A DNA stretch of 64,000 nucleotides, from NCBI GenBank assembly GCA_028534125.1, contig CM052816.1:39062001-39126000 (forward strand), given 5' to 3'. Source of the DNA: Lama glama (Eukaryota). Shown here one piece after another: positions 24,315 through 36,335 of the stretch (its first letter is position 1; every line of letters starts with the position of its first letter). A program made the position numbers and the translations under genes. The notes under the pieces were generated by a model, which did not search any database, was not told the origin of the DNA, and worked only from the letters and a program-made list of their open reading frames with translations.

Positions 24315-24659
24315 ATGGTGTCAGCTCCGCCCACTACAGCAAAACACGGTGGACTGGGTAGCTTGAACAACAGACGTTTATCTCTTACAGTTCTGGAGGC
24401 TGAGAAGTCGAAGATCAGTGTGCCTGCAAATTTGTTTCTTGGTGAGGGTGCTCATCCTGGTGGTAGACAGCTGCCTTCTCATCTTGTCCTCACATGGCAG
24501 AGAGAGGAAGCTCTGAGTCTTCCTCTTCTTATCAGAGTATTAATCTCATTATGGGAGGTCCACCCTCATAACCTCATTTAATCCTAATCATTTTGCAAAG
24601 GCCCCACTGGTTGGAACTTCACCATGTAAATTTGGGGGGAACACATTCAGTCCATGACA
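24315..24659 (-). mobile_element. MLT1A-type MaLR LTR
   Basis: gcttgaacaacaga..acagttctggaggctgagaagtcgaagatcag..gtcctcacatggcagagaga..ggggaacacattcagtccatgaca. Confidence 0.85.
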
Positions 24660-25190
24660 AATGGGGGTTTTCTTAGGGATATCAAAACACTAAATTATTA
24701 ATAAGTTTTAATTTTTTATTAATTATTAAACTTAGCAGTAGTGTATAGGATCTTATTACTAAGTGCTCAGTAAAAATCTTTGAGTGGAATAAGAAATCTG
24801 CACAACAGTATCTATACCCAGTTCTCCTCCCCAGAAACCTTAAAACTAGAATTTTAGATTTTTTTTTGTTCTCCTCCTTAAAGTGATTTCCTAGTATTTT
24901 CTCTAATTTAATGAACAACAAATAATATTCTACTTTTTGGCTAGAAAAGAATGTGCAAACTCTGGAGAGGAACAGGCACTCTGGATAATGGGCTTAAGAG
25001 GATCAGGACCAAATCATCTTCAAGTGCTTAACTTCTTAATTGGTCAGATAAAATAATTATCCTCAGCTACCTCATTTCCTTTCTTTTAATTTCAATTTTC
25101 ATTAGTAGTTAGTAAAGTCGTATTGAAATGTAACTAGGCAAGAAAGCACAGTTCAGATCTGCTTAGTTGAAAAATAACAAGGTTAGAGAT

Positions 25191-25563
25191 TATATCAGTC
25201 AGAGTCCAAACAGGAGACAGAAACCTTACAAAATTTGAACAGGAAAATTTTAATATACGAAAACAGAGGCCTGACTATTAAGATGTTGAGAGAACTCTAA
25301 AGAATGTCCCCACCCGTGCACCTCTAGCTGTGGCATGGTAGGGACACGAAGAAGCAAACAGAACCCATACGGGAACCAGAAAGAGAATCTCCCTTCTCCT
25401 GTAGTATCCTTCCAATCCTCTCTATTAAAAAAGAGTGGAAGGGAAAGCTTAACATTGTGTTCACGGCAAGGAGAATTGCTTACAGGGTCTAGCTCCATTG
25501 TCACAGATCAGATAATGAAGGCTCTGTTTGGATCTGAGAAGCAATAAATTAATAACTGTCACA
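25191..25563 (-). mobile_element. Old ERVL-type solo LTR (LTR67-like, family uncertain)
   Basis: atcagtcagagtccaaacaggagacagaaacc..aattttaatata..aataactgtcaca; related sequence at ~61060. Confidence 0.5.
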
Positions 25564-27119
25564 AAGATAAGTGGAAGATAAATTGGCAAAGGCAAATTAT
25601 AAACTCAGTCTCTTTGATTATGTAGATGTTTTTGTATGTGACTGCTGATCCTCTCACCAGGACACCGTTTAGTACAACGTGCTGGAATTTGATTCTCAGG
25701 CAACAATGCTGTGATGAAAATTTCCAGTGAACTCGGCCCTTATTTTTCTTGATTCTGCACCCCATCTGCGTACATGAATGCACAGATACACAGATGCTTC
25801 ACCTGAATTCAAATCCCAGCTCTGCAGTCATTAGATTCATAATTCTCTGAGTCTTAATCTGCCTATTTATAAAGTAGGAATTAAAATATGTCCTCATAGT
25901 GTTGTAAGGATTAAAAATTAGTGTTTGTGAAAACTTAACCCATCATAGGCACTAAGTAAATATTTGTCAAATTCAAATCTTGTAATTTCTAACTCAAAGA
26001 CTATTGTATACAATTGTATATAAATGTGAAGGATAATAGCTGGTTTTTAGCTTCTATACTTGTAAGAAACCACAGAAAATCCTAATGGAGCTAGCTTCAA
26101 GAAAATATTAGGAACATATCTATGATTTGAAATAAATTTTTTATGCTTTGCAAATTGATTGAAATCACAAACTCATTTTGTAAAGGCCTCAAGCTTCTAT
26201 AAGAAGATAATTATTAATTACTCTTTTATTTACATAGATGTTTGAAAATTAAAATTGTACAGTTGATCAATCAGTCCATCAATGTGGTTATTTTTATTAA
26301 GTTTTCTCCCTTCTGCTGAGTAATTACCTCTCATTCAATATGCACTCCTAGACACACACACACATACACACACACACTGATTTATTCCAGGGAGCAAAAA
26401 TTATTCTAAATTATTCTTTGTTGAAATGTGAATGAGGGTGTTTCTCTTCCAAATTCCAGCATCAGTCATATTTTCTGTTCCTTGATACTTTCCAGTCCTT
26501 GGTGCTTCCCGAGCATGTGCCATCTTATTGTAACCAAATTGTGGCATTTCTTCTACCTGCAGCGCCTTTGAAACCTTATGCATCCACCAAGCCTTCACTG
26601 ATAGCGCAAGCCAGAAGTGGTCTTACAGACTTTTGACTTCTCCCTCACTGCCCAGAATGTGGTGTGTACACTTCTTTCATGGGTGTTTTCCTCGTGCTTG
26701 TAGGCTTGTATATATTTACTGTGTCCAATCAAATGCTCTTGAGTAAGAAGGTCAACATCTCCTTCATGTAATACACAGATTATCATGGTATGTAATAGTT
26801 GGTACTCAATAATATTTGATTATAATGATAATAGTAAAGCTATAAGGTAAATGATATCAACCTATAATAATAATAGTAATAGTAATATTAAAAATTTAAG
26901 TTTTCAAAGCTGCCACTTTCAGAGGGTTCAAAATTCAAAAAGCATAAAGAGCTGTACAGTGAAAACTCTCCCTCCTCTTTGCACTCAGTTCCTCTCCAGA
27001 AAGTAACAAATGCTATTAATTTCATTAGCTATTTTTGCAGAGGAATTTTGTGTATTAAACATTAAAACATGTATATAATTCCCCTACTTTTTCTTCTGAG
27101 CAGTGTTGCCTCCTGCCTA

Positions 27120-27320
27120 TTTGTTTTAAGTTGAGGTAAAATTGGTTTATAGCATTATATAAATTTTGTATGTGCAACATTATAATTTGACATCTGATTA
27201 CACTATGGTGTGCTCACACCAAAAGTTTAGGTTCCGCCCATCACAATACAGTTGACCCCCTTTACCCACTTCGCTTTCCCCCCACACTCCTTCTCCTCTG
27301 GTAACCACCATTCTAATTAC
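27120..27320 (-). mobile_element. L1 3' UTR fragment
   Basis: ttgaggtaaaattggtttatagcattatat..gttgaccccctttaccca..ctctggtaaccaccattct. Confidence 0.7.
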
Positions 27321-27399
27321 CCAGATTTTAAAGGTATTCATCACTTTGCTTTTCCACCTTAACAGCATATTTAGGATAACTTTCCACACAGCATGTATT

Positions 27400-27660
27400 A
27401 TCATTAATGTTCATTTAGTGTTTACTATGTATCCGATTTTGCTCTCAGTGTTTTATATGTATTAACTTATTTAATCATTACAATAACCCTATGGTAAGTA
27501 CTATTATTATCCCTCTTTCGCTAAAAGAGAAACTGAAGCACCAAGAAGTTAAGTGAGTTGCCCAAGATCACACGGCTAGTAAATAGCACAACTCAGTATT
27601 AGAATGCTGACAGTCTGAACTCTGCAGTTCATACTTTTACCACTTATGCTACACTGACAT
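27400..27660 (-). mobile_element. MIR SINE, near full length
   Basis: ttatttaatcattacaataaccctatggtaagtactattattatccc..gaaactgaagcacc..ttaagtgagttgcccaagatcacacggctagtaa. Confidence 0.85.
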
Positions 27661-27756
27661 TTGTAGAACTTCTTCATTCCTGCTTACCAGAGAGGACTGA
27701 ATTGAATATGGGATATTTATCCACTGTCTGTTTTAGGGCTCACTAAATGCAAGGCA

Positions 27757-27850
27757 CAGGGCCAGTCATAGTGCATGACTGCAAGGTGAACAATTCACAT
27801 GGATTCTTATGAATGGATTACTCTTGGAGTTGTGTGACGTGGTTACCCAG
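27757..27850. mobile_element. MER91-like palindromic hAT MITE
   Basis: cagggcc..attcacatg / atgaatgg..ggagttgtg..acccag, a degenerate inverted structure. Confidence 0.45.
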
Positions 27851-29690
27851 GGAAGCACCTTCCAATGGCTCATGAAGAAACTAGGATTAGATTGGTAATT
27901 TGCCCAAGATTACATACAGTACTAGCAAGTGGTAGAATTGGGAACTGAACACTATCTACTTGACATCTACACTCAGCTTCCTCAATTGCTTGCGGGCTTC
28001 ACATCCTTAGGAAAGGGAAATTTATCTTTCAGGTTGTAGGTGATATCGTAGAAAGTCAGTGGTGCCATCTCTGCTGAGTTTCCTTTAGGATAATCATACA
28101 GATTCTCTGCAAATACCTCTTACTGCTCGCTACTGCCTCCTCAAATTGCTTTATCTGTTCCATTCCTATATTTCAGTCATAAGAGATATAGGAGGGACTC
28201 ATTTGGGTAAGACAAATGTTCAGTTTAAAATATTTATTCAGTCAATTGGCTTCTCAGATCACACCTTTCAGAAAGAAAGTGTAAGAGATATAATGACCAG
28301 CTTCACTTAGAAATTAAAAAAAAAAATTTTGATCTAGTTCAGCTCTTTTGGCCCTTGCTCTGTTTAAAGTTAACTCTTCTTTGGGTTACATTTGAGTGAC
28401 TCTTGATTCTGAAAATCGATGGAAATTTGTGAAGTGCCTGAGCAGCCTTTTTAATTCCCTCTTCAAACTTTGAAAGGAATTACTCATCTGGGGGAAAATG
28501 AGCAGATGGTGCCTAAAGCAGTTGGCCAGTTTCTATAACAATGCTATTACTTGACTCTGTGTCATCAACTGGAGCATCTGTCAGGAGGGAGAGTTATGCT
28601 TCTGTCCTTTGACAGTTAATCACACCTCTCCTCCATTTCTCACTGTTCAGCGTGCTGTCTTTTTCAAAACCTGGTGCTTGAAGATTTCAGTGACTCTCTG
28701 TCATAATTCAAAAAAAGATACTACAACAGTAACATTATTGAGAGTCCTATGAGACAAAGAGAGACTTTACTAGAAGAGAGGTGGACATTTGTTCAGTTAT
28801 TTCTGACTATTTAGAATCAGTCATTTAATCTCAAGGGAATTGTGATCTATGATGGCATCTTAGTAAAGGAAGAAAACCCTAATTTGCTACGAAAACTTCA
28901 TAACGTCATTCTCCTCCATCATTCTGACTTATTTCCAGTCTATATTCAAATGTGTTCATAGTGAAGAAAATCCATCATTCATTCTTGCCATGTATCATTA
29001 TTACCACATGAGATGCCTGTGTCAGAGATCAAGTGTTCAAATACAACTCTGTCTGTAATATTGTCTGGATCAGTCAGGACGGGGATTTTAAATGCCCATG
29101 CCTATGCTTTGGCAAAAATTACAGAAGAAAGGACGTAAGACAGGCACCAAGCTGAAGCAGTCACAGTTGTAACAATAAAACCATTGGCCATGGGTGTGAC
29201 TTGGTTCAAGTAGAATACTGTAAAACTCTTGAAGGATAGAATGAGTAACTTCACTCCACAGGTAAAAACCAGGTTATGTTTTGTATCCTAGGCATCCAGC
29301 AATTCCTATGGCTTTTAAGGTACTATCTCAGTGGCTCTAAGCTCTTTAGCCAAAGTCATAAATTTCTCAATGTTTCTGCCCAGCACTGGTCCAGTCCAAC
29401 TGAAGCTATATATGGATTAAGCTAAGCCAGTGCACTGTCGCTTCTACATCAGAATTGGAAACTCATGTGCCGTCCCTGGGAGTGGGGCGAGGTAGAGGAT
29501 TCAGTTTTATTTTTCTTCTTCTCTTTGTCAAATCTTTTTTTTTTAAATTGTTGTTGTGTTGTTTGTTTATTTTTTGAGAGGGATTTGATGTTCTTGAGCT
29601 GATTTTGGAATAGATTTTGGATATTTATGAGAAAAAGAATAGGGAATGTCCCCGGAAAGTGTGGAAGGAAAATCAAAATGGAATGGATAT

Positions 29691-30037
29691 TGTTAAGGGA
29701 GCTCTTTAAAATGGAGCCAGGAGGCCATTGAGTAAGTGTGACTTGTGAAATCTGACCTTTTGACCACTTATTGTCCTAAATGAAGGCATCGTCTAGAATA
29801 TCTGCCAGAAACTCAATATACGAATCAGAACCTGACCCTAAAACAACTTGTGACAGCGATCCCTTAAGGAAAAACATTTTCATTTCATGTCAAAGTACAG
29901 ATTCATGGCTTTTACTTTTCTAAGTCCCTGACTCTTTTTCTTTCCTGAAACCCAAATCTGTGTCTCCTGAATAGCAGTTTTTAACATTCCAAATAAGTTC
30001 TTCTTGTTTGCAGCCTTCTATGTTATTTTGGTTGACA
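29691..30037 (+). mobile_element. ERV1 solo LTR (MER34/MER39-like)
   Basis: TG..CA termini (tgttaaggg ... ttttggttgaca); taaaatggagccaggaggccatt near the start. Confidence 0.6.
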
Positions 30038-30213
30038 AAAACTAGTCTAGCATGCTATGTTAGAAAGCAAATGGACTTGTCTCCTATTCCTTTGTTCCTC
30101 AGAGACTTTACCAAAATAGTACAGAACTGTATTGTCTACTCAGTGAAAGATCTGTATTTCTATACAAAAGGGCTTAGTGGCACAAACTGCTTGGAAGTAG
30201 CGCTGCCAGTAGA

Positions 30214-30834
30214 TGTTACTGGTGCTCCGGTTCTTGCCCCATCCCAGAAAGAATTCAGAGACAGGACGCAGAGCTTAAGAAAGTAAAGTGAGGATTTTTT
30301 AAGGGATAGATAGTACACTCTCAGTGGGAGAGCGGGCCGGCTCAGACGAGCAGCTGCCCTGAGTTTCTTTGGCAAATTGGTTACAGAGAGTGTAAAATTG
30401 AATGAGTAGAATGTTCAATGGGGAGGGAAGGGTTTGGGGTCATAGTCCCTGATTTTCATCCCAACTCCACCTTCCTGAAAAAAGGAGGGATTTTTGTCCT
30501 TATTTAGTCTGATTGAAAGTGTTATGGTATCAGTGCATGATGGGTAATTTCTAATCTGCGAGTCTAATTTTATTGTAATGAGGGCTAATGAGCAAAAGGT
30601 TACATTCAGACATTGGACATTCCTGCCTTTTCCCACAATTTTGTCAGCCCTCAGGCCACTCATCACCCCAAAAAGTATGACCACTTATCAGCCCAGAGGT
30701 TTCTGCTTTTCTGGTGCTTGCATGATGTATGGTTTCTTGTATTTGGCCCGTGCCCCTCCTTTCTGCCCAATTCCTGCCATTTGGCTTGCATCCCCCTTTC
30801 TCTGCTCATATCTAGCTATCTGCCTGCTCTAACA
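30214..30834 (-). mobile_element. Lineage-specific ERV solo LTR (~620 bp)
   Basis: TGTTA...TAACA inverted termini; flanking gtaga/gtagg near-TSD; several CpGs retained. Confidence 0.8.
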
Positions 30835-31449
30835 GTAGGAGGCTAGAGAGCTTGACTTGTAGCTGGACTTGTTCACTATGATGTGCTTACATTTTATATT
30901 ACAGACAAATGTAGCAAAAAATCTTAGATGCTTTTGCTACATTTAAGACTAAGAAGTGCCAATTGTTTATATAAAATTATATTGTTGTTAACATAATAAT
31001 TATAATCATTGTTTTTATTTGGAATGGCTTTCAGGGGTAATGGATCTAACAGAGCTAAAGTTTCCCAGAGTTACCCTTTGGTACTAATTCTGTTCATAAG
31101 ATCTTCCATATTGTTCTCACTTCCATCCCAAAGCTGTCACCTGCTCCTCTGTGCTTCCTCTGTACTTAATATACTTTTCTGTTGCAGTTCTTATCACTTA
31201 GAGCTGTAATTATTTGTTTGTACCTTACACTAGATCATTTGCTCTTCAGGAGCGGGAATATTACTGTATTCATTTTTAGATCCATGGCACATAGAATATG
31301 CTCAACATCAACATTGATTGAATCAGACATAGAAAATGAATAAAAATCTTGGATCATCTCTGGGATGATAGTGTCCAAAGCTCTGCTTACCCATTCCTCA
31401 GTGAAACTGATAAAAAAAAATTTTTTAAAGACATAAGAAAAACTTTTGG

Positions 31450-31469
31450 ACTTCCGGGCAAGATGGCGG
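31450..31469 (+). promoter_or_regulatory. L1 internal promoter start: ETS motif (ACTTCCGG) and YY1 motif (CAAGATGGCGG)
   Basis: Direct motif matches; a YY1 site at L1 5' ends is established. Confidence 0.7.
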
Positions 31470-31934
31470 AGTAGAAGGACGCTTGTAAGTCACCCTCTCC
31501 CACAAATACACCAAGACCCACATCTACAGACCCACTCAGCCAACCAGAGCACCTTCGGAACTCCAACAGATCATCGCCCTCTTCAAAAGATAAAGACGCC
31601 AAAAATCTGAGAACTTGCTCCACGGAGACAAACAAGCAGCTGGGTCTTGGTTCGGAGCAGGGACGAGGCTGCCCCTCGGTCTTCCCCGAGCCCACCCGCG
31701 GAGCGCGACCAGGGCGGAGCGCCGGCGCAGAGCGGGCAGCCGCACAGAGCAGCGGAGCTACCGGCGGCGCAGGCAGGGGGAGAGCGGCCCCCCGCCTGTC
31801 GGGCAGGAACACAACCCCTGACCGAGGTGCTGGGAAGGGGCACGACCCGCCCTCCTGCCTGGCCAGTCTGCAACATCTGACTGCGGCATCCGGAGGGGCA
31901 GTGACCCGCCCGCCCGCAGCAGAGGAGAGCTGCA

Positions 31935-32434
31935 NNNNNNNNNNNNNNNNNNNNNNNNNNNNNNNNNNNNNNNNNNNNNNNNNNNNNNNNNNNNNNNNNN
32001 NNNNNNNNNNNNNNNNNNNNNNNNNNNNNNNNNNNNNNNNNNNNNNNNNNNNNNNNNNNNNNNNNNNNNNNNNNNNNNNNNNNNNNNNNNNNNNNNNNNN
32101 NNNNNNNNNNNNNNNNNNNNNNNNNNNNNNNNNNNNNNNNNNNNNNNNNNNNNNNNNNNNNNNNNNNNNNNNNNNNNNNNNNNNNNNNNNNNNNNNNNNN
32201 NNNNNNNNNNNNNNNNNNNNNNNNNNNNNNNNNNNNNNNNNNNNNNNNNNNNNNNNNNNNNNNNNNNNNNNNNNNNNNNNNNNNNNNNNNNNNNNNNNNN
32301 NNNNNNNNNNNNNNNNNNNNNNNNNNNNNNNNNNNNNNNNNNNNNNNNNNNNNNNNNNNNNNNNNNNNNNNNNNNNNNNNNNNNNNNNNNNNNNNNNNNN
32401 NNNNNNNNNNNNNNNNNNNNNNNNNNNNNNNNNN
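31935..32434. other. Assembly gap (500 N)
   Basis: Exactly 500 N, probably a placeholder length. Confidence 1.
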
Positions 32435-32561
32435 AGAGAAAAAAATGTGACAATGAGTGTGTATATGTCCATGTATGACTGAAAAATTGTACTGAACACT
32501 GGAATTTGACACAACACTGTAAAATGATTATGAATCAATAAAAATGTAAAAAAAAAAAAAA

Positions 32562-33960
32562 GTTTGTCTAAAGCTTCTGGAAATGGTCGTAAGGACAAAT
32601 AAGCAAATGAGGAAATATCCATTCAAGAAAATCTATCAATGTTCAGTAAGAAGGGTGATACTTTGAACCAAGAATTCTCCTTCTTCTCCTCCCTCTCAGC
32701 TCAGCAAGTTGAAGATTCCACTCCAGACTGCTGCACCCAAGAATGTAGGACCAATTCTCGCCCCAGCTCCTAGTTAGAGGGCTCTTTTCCCGGGAGGAGC
32801 AGGATTGCAGTGCTTCCTATTCTGTCACCAGCCACCTGTTGCTGAGGCCAACCGCCAGGTGATTGCTAATGAGAGGTGAGACTCCCATCTTCCACCCAGC
32901 CCCACTTATGGAATAGAGGCTCTGCTTTGAATGCAGAGCACTGAAGATGCTGGGATTCTGATTGTACTTGCCCCAGCTCATAAGGTAGTGTTCCATGCAT
33001 GGAGAGGTGAGCTGAGAGAACCTCGGCTGCTGCCTACCTTCCACCCCCATACTGACTGTTCAGCTTCTAGAACTGGGTGGTCAGGCAGGGAGAAGCTCAT
33101 CATTGTTACCACCTGCAGTTCCAGAGCCAGGGCTAAGAGACCTGGCCTGGGGGAAGTATCAGGCCATTAAAAAGAATAGCTCTCAAGCCCTTCCCGAAGA
33201 AACTGACTTCATTTGCAACAGAATGGGGTTCAAGCCTAAAAGCACTCTATATTCAATACCTTGTAATGGCCCGTAATGAAAAAGAATATGAAAAGGAATA
33301 TATGTGTGTATAAATGAATCATTATACTGTACACCAGAAATTAACACAACATTGTAAATTGACTATACTTCAATTAAAAAAAAAAAAGTAGAGACCTTGT
33401 TGAAAGGCAATTGGGAGGTAATTCTCGGGTTTAATGAAGATATAGCCTAGACTGTTGGCTGACAAGTTTGCAGGCGAGAACTAGAGAATCAGAGCTAGGA
33501 GAAGCCTTCTGGGGTTAGATCATATATCAAACACTGACCACAGAATCTTTTTCTTCAAAGGAGAAGGCTGGACTCGTTTGTAGAACAATAGAGCAATCAG
33601 CTGGCAATTAATGGAATTTAATAGCTGGGTGTGGTCAGTGAAAGAGCGTAAGAGAGCCTTACAAATACTGCCATCCCAGGGTGACCCAAAACTGTGCCTT
33701 CCTGAAAAGCAACAACAGAAGTTTAACATGTGTGAGTGTTTGTGTGTTGGTGTGTGGGGTTGGGGGGGGATGGTTGTGCATGAGGAATAGACTATATTAA
33801 AATAATTCAGCCAGTTATTATACAAATTTTTAAAAATGACAATAACAAATCCTGAAATGGGGCTAAACAGTACCCAGAATTTCTACACTATATAATCTAA
33901 AATTTTCAATTTAAAAAAAACACAAGATATGCAGAGAAACCAGAAAAAGCGAACAAGCAA
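32562..33960 (+). mobile_element. Ancient L1M (L1MD/L1M4-like) 5' region hosting the young L1; probably begins at ~31360
   Basis: aaagcttctggaaatggtc..agcaaatgaggaaatatccattcaagaaaatcta..ccccagctcctagttagagggct resembles old L1M 5'-end consensus. Confidence 0.6.
33248..33387 (+). mobile_element. Short L1 3' end with poly(A)
   Basis: Reverse complement of the 3' UTR seen at 4891-5030 (ctgtacaccagaaattaacacaacattgtaaattgactatacttcaatt + A-run). Confidence 0.85.
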
Positions 33961-35939
33961 GCAACAAAAGCTGTCTGTGCGACTGAACAGATACAAGATA
34001 GCATACGTATTTCCAGTCCCCAGTTTTTCATTTGGTTCTTTTACACTATCATTTTACCTCCTTATTGATGTTCTCTACTTGATTGAACATTGTCATCACG
34101 CCTTCCTTTGCTTCTTTAATCATGCTTTCCGTTAGCTCTGTGGACATATTTGTAAGGCTGCTTTGAAGTCTTTCATGTGAAATCTGTTATCTTTGATGCT
34201 CTAGCTGTTCTCAAAATATAAAGCCAAGAAGACAAAGTACCCTAACTGGAAGATGACCAGAAGAACTCATAAACATGCTAGAATTCTGTTACTTTATACC
34301 TATGAACTTACTCTATAATCCAGTTGTATTCCTCTACAGAGCTGAAGACTACATTTCTATTACAATTCTCAAAGCCAAATTCACTCAAAAATATTTTCAT
34401 ATGCTGTCACATTGTTGAAGGTTTTCTGCCAACCTCTTTTCTTGGCCACCTCATAGGCTGCAAAATTCTGAATCCTCTCACTACATGAATTAAATACGAG
34501 ATTTCAGAATATGTTTTTAAAAGTGCCAACATAGCTTGATTTTTTTTCCCAATACACTGGATGTTTTCCCTCTAGGAAACCCAAGTCCAGTTACTCCAAA
34601 TGAAATACAAGTGGAGATTTCTAAAAATTATATTTAAAGATGACATTTATTTTATTTATAAATATTAGGCAATAATAGTAAAGCTAGAATTAAGTATCTT
34701 TATCATGTAACTTCCAAGTTGATGATGATACTTTTATCTTAAGAGAAATGTATAATTTATATACTTTCGTTTGTGTGTGTGTATCTCAAAATACTCCTCC
34801 ATCTATTTAAAAATACTTATCTGATTTCTCATCTTTAAGAGTAAAATTATCTTCACATATACATGGGAGTATCGAATGATAAAAGAACACTGTGTGCTGA
34901 TACTTGATTTGCATAGATCACCAAGATGCTCTATTGTATTATTTTCTAGTATATAATTGGAATATTCGTTATGAAATAAACATCATTATTATCACATTAG
35001 TGCCTTTGAGCCTTATAAATAAACACATTTTTGCTAGGAAGCATCAGTGTACATCCTTAAAATACAGTAGGACAGAAAACAAAAATTAAGATTTGTACGT
35101 TAACAGAGACTTTTTACAGAACCTGCCAGAATTCTTTGGCGTGTTTTAATCATAATTGCTTTCTCATAGGCAATTTTTTGTATGTCAGGTTAATTAAATA
35201 TTAAAATATTCAATATTAAGAAAGCAAAAACCCAATAATAGTTGGACAAAGGATTTAAACAATAAAAGTCAACATTTTTAGGTGAATATTCAATGACTTT
35301 TGACAAATGTCCAAAATCATATAACCACTACTACAAACAAGGTATAGAATACTTTATTCTCTCCAGAAGATTTACCAATGACCCTTTGCACTTAATCCCT
35401 TCTTCCCACTCCCAGACCCTGACAACCTCTAATCCAATTTCTGTTTCTGGAGTTTTTCTTTTTCAAAAATGTTATAAGAATGGAATGATACAAAGTTAGC
35501 AGACATTTGATCCTGTCCCAAGTGGCCAGGGCCAAACATCCTGTAAGGGACTAGCCAAGTGCTAATAAGACTTTGGAGCAACTGGAACTTTCATGCGTTG
35601 CTGGAGGGACTGCATAAGCAGTATAGCTACTTTGGAAAAAAGTTTTGCAGCTTCTTATAAAATTAAACATACAGTCCTCCAGTCAGTTTTTCTACAACTA
35701 GGTTAAGCAAATGGCTCCACCTAGTGTATATATGGAAATAAATGCTAAACTTAACATTTAATTTAGAAAAATTGCAGCATATCACCTTTTATCCTATTTT
35801 TTATTTAGACATTCCTATTTTATTTTGAATCATTTCTGTGTGATAGTTTATGAGCTCAAGGTAAGAAAATTCCAAAGATAATCAAGAGCATAAAATAAAA
35901 TCTTTCCACATATAATTTTCTTTTTAAAAATTACATAAA

Positions 35940-36335
35940 TATATTTTTTATTGTGGTAAAATAAACAACATAACATTTTCCATTTTAGCCATTTTAAAGT
36001 GTACAGTTCAGGGGCATAAAGTACATTCACACTGTTGTGCACCCGTCATCACTGTCCATCTCTAGAACTTCTCATCATCAATTGAAACCTGTACCCATTG
36101 AACTTTAACTCCTCACTCACTCCTTTCCCAGCCCCTGGTTACCTCTATTCAATTTTATGTCTCTATGAATATGAAGAATATTATGATTTTCAGCCTTATT
36201 AAGATACATTTCTCATAATATTGTACAAGTTTAAATTGTGCATTTTGACTTGATAGATGTATATTGCAAAATGATTACCTCCATAGCATTAACACCACCT
36301 CCAGAATGTCACATAATTACCATTTCTTTTTTTGA
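35940..36335 (-). mobile_element. Old L1 (L1MA/MB-like) 3' end fragments
   Basis: ttattgtggtaaaata..ccattttaaagtgtacagttcag..tacattcacactgttgtgc..cagcccctggttacc. Confidence 0.75.

Larger units (their letters stand above)
31448..32561 (+). mobile_element. Young L1 with intact CpG-rich 5' UTR and 3' poly(A) end; middle lost in an assembly gap
   Basis: Starts ggacttccgggcaagatggcggagtagaagg; CpG-island-like to 31934; after the gap an L1 3' UTR with aataaa and an A-tail (32435-32561). No clean TSD, so a single element is inferred. Confidence 0.8.

Noticed and set aside
31448..31934. CpG-island promoter of a host gene
   Set aside because: Begins with the L1 5' terminal motif also seen at 15151-15183 and is followed by an L1 tail.
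31387..32622. Long ORFs of 193-411 aa
   Set aside because: They are read through 500 N and the GC-rich L1 5' UTR.
35714..35727. Additional reverse CTCF-like motif (ACACTAGGTGGAGC)
   Set aside because: Two mismatches at informative core positions.
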